Below are positions 24,501 through 32,178 of a stretch of 64,000 nt of DNA, piece after piece. Source of the stretch: Mobula birostris (lineage: Eukaryota). The notes below the pieces were generated by a model, which saw only the letters and a program-made list of their open reading frames with translations, made no database searches and was not told the DNA's origin. How positions within the stretch are numbered: position 1 is the first letter of the stretch; each line of letters opens with the position of its first letter. Where the stretch lies: contig NC_092383.1 in NCBI RefSeq assembly GCF_030028105.1, positions 87,687,921-87,751,920 of the forward strand, written 5' to 3'. The position numbers and the translations under genes were made by a program.

Positions 24501-25753
24501 CTAACTGGCCGATAGTTTCCTTTCTCCTGTCTTTCTCCCTCCTTGAAGAGTGGAGTGGAGTGGACAGAATCTTCAGTGAGTTGACAGGAGTGGACAGAAT
24601 CTTCAGTAAGTTGAAGATGAAATGAATTAGGCTGGATTAATGTAAAGATGGCTGCTTAATGGTTGCATACACTCAGTGGTGTGAAGGAATGTTTTTGTGC
24701 TGTTTCTATGATTCTACAGGATTCCTTCTTGGTCTTCTAAAACTCCCGTGTGTTGGTTAACCCTCTCCAAGGAACTTATCCCAGATATGAATATCCTTAA
24801 CATTTTGTTCCCCGGCTAATTGAACATAGAACAGTACAGCACAGGAACAGGCCCTTCGGCCCACAGTGTTGTGCTGAACCAATTAAATTAGTGATGAAAT
24901 GTCTAACTAAGGTAATCCCTTCTGCCCACACGATGGCCATATCCATCCATGTCCCTCACACTCATGTGCCTCTCTAAATGTCTCTTTAAATTCCCTGATG
25001 TATCTGCCTCTACCACCACCCTAGGCACCGTATTTCAGACACCCACCACTCTTCGCGAAAAAAAGAACTTGCCCCTCGCATCTCCTTCAAACTTACCTGC
25101 TCTCACCTGAAATGCATGCACTCTGATATTAGGCATTTCAACCCTGGGAAAAAGATACTGTCTACTCTGTCTTTGCCTCTCATAAACTTATAAACCTCTA
25201 TCAGATCACGCCTCAGCCTTTGCCGCTCCAGAAAAGGCAACCCAAGTTTGTCCAACCTCTCAGTGTAGCACATTCCTTTTAATCCAGGCAGCATCCTGGT
25301 GAATCTCTTCTGCACCCTCCCCACAGCCTCAACATCCTTCCTATAATGGGCGACCAGAACTGTATACAATACTCCAGGTTATATATCTGCCCTCTTGATA
25401 TGGAGACCACAGCAGTACCTGCTACACCAGAGTACCAGACTGTATAAATAGCAATTACATAGTTTTATACCATAGCCCTTTTTTTTTTTTACTATGGGAG
25501 CAATTAAAGCCAATATAATTTCACTGAAGAGTTAACACTTTGTCTCATTCTCTGTCTGCAGCTCTCCAAAGAGAAGGAAGCGGGAGTTACCTACGCCACT
25601 GTAGCGATTCGGCCTACTGGCCACCCTCAGGAAGACTCCGCCACGTACGATAATGTGAACCCTTCCAGCAGCCCGGAGGAGAACAAGCCATCAGTTATCG
25701 AGCCTCCAGCTTCAGAGCCGATAGAGTATTCTACAATTGCATTCAAAAAGTAA
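4209..25753 (+). CDS. Gene 1 (spliced): CD300/pIgR-like (MDIR-like) inhibitory receptor, 252 aa; join(4209..4248,10486..10821,12673..12709,17627..17727,21363..21415,25562..25753)
   Basis: Six exons with GT-AG boundaries and compatible phases (1,1,2,1,0) sum to 759 nt = 252 aa + stop. They give signal peptide, V-set Ig with 4 Cys (IDC, KYWC, RTC, YWCG), stalk, hydrophobic TM, and a tail with VTYATV, ATYDNV and IEYSTI. Confidence 0.88.
6104..6500. mobile_element. Two Penelope-derived terminal-repeat fragments with hammerhead-like motif (6188..6220, - strand)
   Basis: acacaaaa-gctg..gaactcagcaggtcagg arm. Minus strand reads CTGATGAAGGGTCCCTGCTTGAAACATTGACTG. Confidence 0.65.
6493..6541. repeat. 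(GT)n microsatellite
   Basis: About 24 GT units, directly extending the ttttgtgtgt end of a Penelope arm. Confidence 0.95.
7405..8060 (-). mobile_element. Degenerate Rex1-like LINE 3' fragment
   Basis: Starts with the (aatcag) tail and gcagcagtacagtgcaatacataaa motif, then cattcagaaatctgatggcagag. The same block recurs at 14110-14410, 34315-34680 and 63860-64000. Confidence 0.5.
7495..7592. repeat. (ATAA/ATAG)n low-complexity repeat
   Basis: aaataaataggtaaataaatagataaatacatacatagatatatatagataga. Confidence 0.8.
9038..9218 (+). mobile_element. 5'-truncated copy of the same SINE with TSD
   Basis: Near-identical to the 3' half of 36..356; 11-bp TSD TGTCTGTTAGA at 9027-9037 and 9219-9229. Confidence 0.85.
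9530..10218 (+). mobile_element. Rex1/Babar-like LINE 3' fragment (RT C-terminal region)
   Basis: ORF 9547..10065 YKYLGIRIDNKLDWSKNTEAVYKKGQSHLYFLRRLRSF...FYESVVAS is typical of the Rex1-clade RT C-terminus. 3' end is AATAAAGTATGTCTGTCTGTCTG. Confidence 0.8.
10486..10821 (+). CDS. Gene 1 exon 2: V-set Ig domain of CD300/pIgR/TREM type
   Basis: Acceptor ttttcacacttacag ends at 10485; donor GTAAG at 10822; 336 nt, phase 1-1. Translation TYADITGPSAKTGTVGNEVEIDCKFNPFFRSYQKYWCKGYYRRTCTVLV...SDEGWYWCGIDKPHLLDPLSAVELKIRE has the canonical Cys/Trp plus the extra C-C' Cys pair of this family. Confidence 0.95.
10880..11332. mobile_element. Two palindromic Penelope-derived units; the second (11118..11332) has an 11-bp TSD
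   Basis: Inverted arms gaactcagcaggtcaggcagcatctat / atagatgctgcctgacctgctga; TSD CAGAATGATTT at 11107-11117 and 11333-11343. Confidence 0.75.
11437..11685 (+). mobile_element. V-SINE-like tRNA-derived SINE (other copies about 14857-15170 +, 22020-22240 -, 22570-22830 -, 23000-23150 +, 46130-46310 +, 55080-55335 -, 62840-63105 -, 63320-63615 +)
   Basis: Conserved core gtttcctccaggtgctc..tttcc..cacattccaaagac typical of the V-SINE central domain. Confidence 0.65.
12673..12709 (+). CDS. Gene 1 exon 3: short stalk (V)QKLLPSDKQRL(R)
   Basis: Acceptor tatatgttttaacag, donor GTGAGT at 12710. 37 nt, phase 1-2, exactly bridges the Ig exon and the TM exon. Confidence 0.75.
12820..13350. mobile_element. 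Composite repeat ending in a ~67-bp Tc1-like palindrome (13282..13348); second copy 33530..33875
   Basis: CAGTACTG(T)GCAAAA.TCTTAGGCAC / GTGCCTAAGACT..GCACAG.ACTG inverted arms at 13282..13348 and 33805..33872. About 300 bp upstream is homologous in both copies. Confidence 0.55.
15684..15705. repeat. (TA)n microsatellite
   Basis: About 11 TA units. Confidence 0.9.
15985..16175. mobile_element. Palindromic Penelope-derived unit with two divergent degenerate hammerhead motifs
   Basis: Minus strand ATGATGAAGGGTCCCGGTCTGAAATGTC; plus strand CTGATGAAGACTCTTGGCCCAAAACATC (16090-16117). Confidence 0.7.
17627..17727 (+). CDS. Gene 1 exon 4: transmembrane LFIILGLVFGILTMVFLGLLVLVM + basic stop-transfer KKVRKQKNK
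   Basis: Long pyrimidine tract ending ...accaag (17626), donor GTAAG at 17728; 101 nt, phase 2-1. Encodes 24 uncharged residues followed by a basic cluster. Confidence 0.88.
18390..18665 (+). mobile_element. Penelope 3' terminal-repeat fragment
   Basis: ctcccacctttttattctggcatc...ttctcagtcctgatg...gaaacatcgactg...gatgctgcctggcctgctgagtt; same 3' block as 50480-50665. Confidence 0.7.
18560..18597 (+). ncRNA. Minimal type I hammerhead ribozyme motif (A9>G variant)
   Basis: CAGTC-CTGATGG-CAGGTCTCGGCCC-GAAAC-ATC-GACTG: perfect 5-bp stem I (CAGUC/GACUG) and GAAA intact, but the core reads CUGAUGG. Confidence 0.65.
19505..19632. mobile_element. Palindromic remnant of a second Penelope-type family with a degenerate hammerhead
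   Basis: Arms caaacgtttcgtcaccatacaagga / tccttgtatggtgatggaacgtttg around a 7-nt spacer (19566-19572). Confidence 0.55.
20440..20720. mobile_element. Palindromic Penelope-derived unit (further copies about 27000-27180, 27755-27920, 28085-28215, 31600-31790, 35515-35650)
   Basis: Same inverted arms (acacaaaatgctggaggaactcagcagg / cctgctgagttcctccagcattttgtgt) with degenerate CTGATGA..GAAAC cores. Confidence 0.7.
21363..21415 (+). CDS. Gene 1 exon 5: cytoplasmic (D)KEKESAAENSIPKSNSA
   Basis: Acceptor gtttgtatttttag, donor GTAAG at 21416; 53 nt, phase 1-0. Confidence 0.8.
23170..25380 (-). pseudogene. Two decayed CR1-type LINE RT/3' fragments (23170..24556 and 24822..25380)
   Basis: Minus-strand ORF pieces VMHFGRKN..., YKALAWFHLEY, GKLLPDKS and [23 protein letters not shown] match the RT C-terminus at 53407..54105. 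Confidence 0.8.
25562..25753 (+). CDS. Gene 1 exon 6: terminal cytoplasmic exon with ITIMs (LSKEKEAGVTYATV...SATYDNV...PIEYSTIAFKK*)
   Basis: Acceptor tctcattctctgtctgcag, phase 0, 63 codons to TAA at 25751-25753. VTYATV and IEYSTI match the ITIM consensus (I/V/L/S)xYxx(I/V/L). Confidence 0.9.
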   Translation, partial: LSKEKEAGVTYATVAIRPTGHPQEDSATYDNVNPSSSPEENKPSVIEPPASEPIEYSTIAFKK

Positions 25754-27230
25754 AAATTCTTCTCCACCTAACGTTTGACCCGTTTTCTGCAGAACAGCGT
25801 CCCTATAAATCATAACTTGCTCCATTTGGATACGTTTATCACTTTGTGCGTTCTATCCAGCCACTGCATATCAGATAAGTCACAGAACATAATGCCAGAT
25901 TTTCCCAATGTGTATCCATGCCACGAATCCTAGGCACGCATTTGCCCTTTGAACTTACGTTGGGTGGACAGAGAGAATCTACTTCATTTCATGAAGGGCT
26001 CAGGATTAAGGGGAAGTAAGTCAGAACTCAGTTTTTCAGGGGAAATATTAGACATCATTTCTTCACCGAACATGGAGTGGAAATATGGAATTCTCTCTCC
26101 CAAAAACCTGCTGAGGTATGCATGCTTATGGGGTGGGGGGGGGTGTCAACTGAAAAACTCAGAACAGAGATTGTTAGTTATTTATAAGGCTGGGTGATCT
26201 GGATCCAAGAAACAAATCAGCCATGATCCAACTGAATCACGAATCACGGAATGGGCTGTAAGGCTGAATGACCTTTCGTAACTGAATGAGCAGATGGGCC
26301 GAAAGGCCGTTTCCGTGCTGTAGCGTTCTATGACTCTATAACCTACTTTTTCACCTACCTACATAACCTAATAGTCAACACTGACTTCTTAAGTAACTAG
26401 AAAGTTAGTCTCAGACAAACAGTCAAAGCCTTTTCTCTGAATCAGGGACAGACAGAAAGATAAAGCTCCATTAGGTGAGAAGTGGGGGAGTGAAGGGATG
26501 AAACACAATAGCTAACAGTCAGTCCCTAAGTTTTTCCTCTGGTGTCTCATGTACTATGGCTGTGCCATTCTGATACATAGTACCCCAGAATAGCATGCAA
26601 AAAGGTGCACAACTATAATTTCTTCCTGATTCTTCACTACTTAAGATTTAGTTTATCTTACACCTAACAGTGCTTCATTGGCTGAAGGTAGTGCGTATGC
26701 TTGCACTTCATGTGAGTTAGATACTACGACTGGCGTTCTTCACTTCAGGTTTTGTTCTGTGTTAAAAGTGCTCAGATACAGTAGTCGCACTTGATTTACT
26801 GTGGTGCAGCATCATGAAACACTTCCTCACACTCTGTTGGCCAACCGGACTGTCCAGCCTTTTGCTTCACTGCCAGCCTCCAGGCTGAGCTGCTGATAAA
26901 CAAGAGGGGTTCTGAACAACTGTCCCATGAGACTTGTCAATATTGCCTCTTGGTAAAAGCCTCTTTCAAAACTACACTTAATTACTGCAATTGTGAATGA
27001 CACACATACACAAAATGCCGGAGGAACTCAGTAGGTCAGGCAGCATCTATGGAGAGGGGGATCAGCCATTCTTTCTTTATTCTTCTCCTTAGATGCTGCC
27101 TGACCAGCTGAGTTCCTCAGCATTTTGTGTGTCTCTGTTGTTCTGGATCTCCAACCTCTGCAGAATCTCTTCTGCTTTCGAGTTGGAAATGAGATATGAG
27201 CGCAAATGGTCACGGCAATTACCATGAGTC

Positions 27231-27236
27231 AATAAA
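27231..27236 (+). terminator. Possible polyadenylation signal AATAAA for gene 1
   Basis: First AATAAA I noticed after the stop codon (about 1.5 kb 3' UTR). It sits in an A run, so support is weak. Confidence 0.3.
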
Positions 27237-28459
27237 AAAAATTGGCTAGTGTAACTGGAGACAAGTTAGTAACCACAGTTCAAAATGGGTGATATTGACA
27301 TGTAATTCTTGGTGCAGATGGGAGGGCATGTTGCTATTAGCACTGGGCAATGCAACTGAAAGGCATTAACATAATTTGCAAATAGAGTTGTCAAAGAATG
27401 GTGATGATACCATTGGCTACTGCAGTTGGAATGAATGGCATTCTCACTATTGGTTGTCACAGCTGGCAATAAGGGATGCTTACATAATTGTTTGCAGCAA
27501 TTGGGGATGCAAAGTGTCGAGACTAATTATGACTGAACTGAGTAATTGTCCGTGATAGTATTAATGTTTTCAATAGTTGATGAAGAGTAACATTGGTTAC
27601 CATTCAGTTGGGAATTAGTAGTGGTTGCAGCAACTGGAGCTGAGTGGTGTTAAACCAGCTGGTTACTGTGGTTGGTGGTTACATTGTTGTTAAAATATGT
27701 CAGAAATCAGGGGTGTGAACACTATTAGTAAGTACAGTACTGATAATGCCATAAACACAAGCGATTCTGCAGATGCTGGAAATCCGGAGCAACAGACACA
27801 AAATGCTGGAGGAACCCAACAGCTCAGGCAGCATCTATGGAAAGGAACAAAGAGCCGACATTTTGGTCTGAAACCTTTCATCCTCTCCATAGATGCTGCC
27901 TGACCTCCAGCATTTCGTGAAAGATAATGCTATTGTCAGTTACTGCAGTTGACAATTAGTTGCCATTTACACTATTGTTTTCCTATTTCAAGTTGTTAAT
28001 GGGAAATGTTTGGAGCATTAGTTACTGTAGTGAGGTATAAGGGGTGTTAGCAATAATGGTTTTCAAAACTGGGAATGAGTGTTGATAAAAGGGTCTCGGC
28101 CTGAAAAGTCAACTGTTCATTCATTTCCATAGATGCTGCCTGACCTGCTGAGTTCCTCCAGAATTTTGTGTGTGTTGATTTGGATTTCCAGCACCTGCAG
28201 ACGTTCTCAAGTTTATTATTTACTGCAGTTGGGAATGAATTGTGTTACCATCAGTAAATATTGCAGCTGGGTATAAATGGTATTATAGCTATTGTTTACA
28301 GAGTTTGGTAGTAGGAGGTAATATACCATTAATTACTAAATTTGGTAATCAGTGGAGTTAACACAAGTTGTTACTACATTGGAAAGAACTGGTATTAACA
28401 CAATGATCGCGTGACTTCGTGGAGTATATTACACACAAACTCTTTTCAGGCTTCTACTT

Positions 28460-28560
28460 GGGTCAGGTGTTGATTTTAAGTGACACTTCAATGACAAACT
28501 CCGTCATCTTCATCAGGGAGTCTGTCATCGAAATATCGGTTAAAATTGACACCTGGACCC
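28460..28560. mobile_element. Palindromic remnant of a third hammerhead-bearing family
   Basis: Minus strand reads CTGATGA-A-GATGAC-GGAGTTT-GTCATT-GAAG-TGTC with a 6-bp stem II. Imperfect inverted arms ggtcaggtgttgattttaa / ttaaaattgacacctggacc. Confidence 0.55.
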
Positions 28561-30898
28561 TGCTGGAAACCTAAGAAATGTTAATGCAGCATTGACACAA
28601 CTTGCTATTCCAGCCCTGAATGAGTGCTGCTCATATTCTTCATTAGCACATTTAGAGAGGAGTAGAAATTAGACTCTTGGTTCCTACAACTGGATGCCAT
28701 CCCCATCTTGCTGTAACCAATAACTAAGCAGCAATTAACTCCACACATTGCCAACTGCAGGAACCAAGAGTTAAGAATTTACAACTGAATATTGTTAAAG
28801 ATCATTTGTACTACAGTCAACAATGATAATGTGCTTGGGAATGTATTGTGTTAGCACCACTCTATCACAGCATTTGACGATGAGTGGTGGCAGCCTGAAA
28901 TGATTCTCAGTAGCTCAACTGATGATCACAAACACAGATTCTGCCGATGCTGGAAATCCAGATTAACACAGAAAAAATGTTGGAGGAGCTCAGAAGGTCA
29001 CCAATTTCCTTGGTGTTTCTCATTTTTCTGACACTTCCTTTATGTGGAGTGCTGACTTAGCAAAGATAATGTTCCTTAATTTAAAATTAAAGCAACACTC
29101 TCAAAATAACGGATTTAAATGGCCCTCCCACACCAGGATGAGTTCCATCCTGGAAATTTTGAATTCAAATAATTAAATATTTATTTCCCAGTAAATCTTT
29201 GATCGGCTTTGTTCCAGTACTGCTCCATTTGCAGAAAAGACAGATAAATGGGAGTTTTGAGCAGGGAAGACATCTGTGAAAGAATATTTTTCATCAATCA
29301 TTTTAGATTAAGCAGGCCAATGAGGGGGCAGAATGTAGAATGCATCGCAAAATGGTGTGGTTAAGGTAGATAACCAGTTTCCTTAAGAACATAAGAGATA
29401 AGGGACAGAATATGTAGTAATAAAGAAAAGCTGTGCTTGGGCTGGGGTGAGACTCATATGAAACATAAACATTTGAAAGGCCAGTTATTCTTTCATAATT
29501 TCTATATTGAATGGTATAGTCAGAAATTGAATCCTCACATGGTCTTTATATTGAACGCAGTCTGATTATTATCCTCAAGGAACAAACTCCAACTAATTTC
29601 ACCAAAAATCAAACTTGAAGTATTAATTTGTCCGCAGTTCAACATCATGCATTGCCCACACACATCTGTGGAGATTTACATCTGCAATGTGTAAAATGGA
29701 TTATTTAAGAATTAACATTAATAAACCGTTAACGTATAACTCAGATTGGAATTGATGAGGACGCCCGTGTAATACAACATAATGATCACCAATTAGCACC
29801 GTTGCAAGATGCCTTCAAGTGGAGAGCCAATTGGCATCCAGACAATTGGATACTTTAATCACCGATAATTTAAGTATTATAATCTTAGACTATGTAGTCA
29901 AAACCCTTTGCCTGGCTGAGCAGCATGGCTTATCTGTAGGACATTGTGTCTTACACTTGAGTGTAAGAGCGTAAAGAAGAAACATACAGCGTATAGTGTA
30001 AAACACACAATCAATCAGAGGCAGAGAATGAACTGAATCTTCATAATTTATCACGTAGGGGATCTGAGGCTTCATTGAATCTATTAGTTGTGTTAGAATG
30101 GGTAACTGGGAAGAAGACAGCATTGCATTTTATGCCAAGTTAATAATAAGTTGTATTCTAAACTCTTTTTGAGCAACAAAAAGTGTTCCCTGATGCATAA
30201 GCAGCACTGAAGTCTGCATTTCTGCAAATGACTTTGAAATCCGATTTGTTTTTGTGCATTTTCATCTAGAACTTGACAATAACCCATAGAATTATGTTTT
30301 AAAATGTCAAATGTAATAGCTACTGAATTTAAAACATGAAATCTACATTCAGTTGTTTAGAAATCAGAATATAATTTACCTAATGTATTTTCTATAGTAC
30401 TAATGACAGGCTAGTTTACATTTTTTAATCTAATTTCACAGCTGAAAGAGGATTTACTAGTCTCCAGATTTTTTTATTATTTGTGTGATCACTTTTCATG
30501 TTTAAATGATTGTGCTATTCTTTACTTCCATGATGATATTAAAATTTTACAAACACTTGTTTATTGTATGTGGCTTTCCTTTCCATCTTTCATCACTCAG
30601 ATATTGAAGCCTGCATTCAAAGAACAAAGTAAATTTATTATCAACGTACGTATGTGTCACCATGTACAATCCTGAGATTCCCTTTTTTGTGCAGGCAATC
30701 GCAGTAAATACAAGATACACAATAGAATCAATGAAAGACCACATCCAACAGGACAAACAAACAACCACTGTACAAAAGACAACAAACTATGCAAATACAA
30801 AAAAATAAAGAAAAAGAAAGCATAATAAAGCAATAAATATGAAGACAATGAGCTGAAGAGTCCTCGAAATTGAGCCCTTAGTTTGTGGGAGCAGTTCA

Positions 30899-31560
30899 TA
30901 GTCATAGAGTCATAGAACACTACAGCACAGGAACAGGCCCTTCAGCCCATCTGGTTCATGCCAAGCCATTAATCTGCCTGGTCCTATTAGCCTGCACCCA
31001 GTCCATAACCACTTCCACTGGCAGCTCGTACCACACTCTCACCACCCTCTGTGTGAAGAATTTCCCTCTCATGTTCCCCTTAAATATTTTACCTTTCACT
31101 GTTAACACATGACCTCTAGATAGAGTCTCAACCAACCTCAGTGGAAAAAGCCTGCTTACCTTAACCCTCTCTATACCCCTCATAATTTTGTATAGCTCTA
31201 TCAAATTTCCCCTCAGTTTTCTAAGCTCTAAGGAATAATGTCCTAACCTTTACAAATTTGCGTGGAAACTCAGGTCCTCAAGTCCTAGCAGCATTTTCAT
31301 AAGTTTTCTCTGCACTCTTTCAGTCTTATTTACATCTTTCCTGGAAGTAGGTGACCAAAACTGTGCACATTACTCCAAATTAAACCTCAACAATGGTATA
31401 TAATCTCAACAATTTATACAATCCTCTCTACCCAATGTATTGATTTATGAAGGGTAATGTGCCAAAAACTTTCTTTAATATGCTATATAGCTGTGATGTC
31501 ATTTCCAAGGAATTATGCATCTGTCTACCCCTATCACTTTGTTCTATTGCACTCCTCAGC
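30899..31560 (-). pseudogene. CR1-type LINE 3' fragment (others: 25940-26340 +, 32770-33060 -, 36200-36640 +, 49420-49695 +, 60250-60520 -, 61880-62060 +)
   Basis: MIELYKIMRGIERV...SRGHVL..KFFTQRVVRVW; 3' tail (CATAGA) type. Confidence 0.75.
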
Positions 31561-31890
31561 AGCCAACAATCCACATTATGGATCTTGCAAATCTTCCAAC
31601 GTTTCATTTTTGTAGAGTAAGCAGTCAATACTTCAGGCCAAGATCCTTCATCAGGAGTCCTGAAGAAGGGTCTCAGCCCAAAACGTCAACTGTTTATTCT
31701 TTTCCATAGATGTTGCCTGGCCTGCTGAGTTCCGCCAGCATTTTGTGTGTATTACTTTGAATTCCAACATCTGCGGGTTTTCTCTTGTATGATATTATAT
31801 AGGTGAATTTCTAGGCACAACCCCCTCATTCATTGGCTCTGATTCCCGACTTCTAGTAGTGGTGATCGACCTTTGAGACTCCAGGAAGGA

Positions 31891-32074
31891 CAGCAAATAA
31901 GCAAGCCCTGAAATATCAGCTGATGGAGTACAATCTCGCTCCAGCGAAAAAGTTCAGTGATGTTTACAGTATCACCTTTGCCATCAAATAACCTTGCAGG
32001 GGCTTTGCGCAATTGAGAACAAACATGTCATTTCGTGATATCCAGATAAGAAGCAAATAACATTTTCTGGATAA
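31891..32074 (+). promoter_or_regulatory. Motif cluster upstream of the gene 2 ATG: FOX (AGCAAATAA x2, TGTTTAC), C/EBP (TTGCGCAAT), GATA (AGATAAG, GATAA)
   Basis: AGCAAATAA at 31892 and 32052, TGTTTAC at 31961, TTGCGCAAT at 32005-32013, AGATAAG at 32044, GATAA at 32070. Motif matches only. Confidence 0.4.
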
Positions 32075-32129
32075 AGTCGGACTGTGCAAAGTGGCAATCA
32101 TGTCCTGTATTAGTAGATTATTATTAAAC

Positions 32130-32178
32130 ATGAAACTCATTCAACTTATCTTCATCTTCATCAGCATTTCATTGGCAG
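32130..32178 (+). CDS. Gene 2 exon 1: leader [16 protein letters not shown](A)
   Basis: ATG at 32130, 16 codons + G, donor GTAAG at 32179. Classic signal peptide, phase 1. Confidence 0.85.

Noticed and set aside
24557-24614. 30-bp direct duplication at a CR1 fragment end (a similar 14-bp one lies near 39690-39721)
   Set aside because: Ordinary slippage or junction duplications with no further structure.
27266-27469. Mucin-like coding exon on the minus strand from the degenerate array
   Set aside because: Stops occur in all frames within short distances and there are no splice signals.
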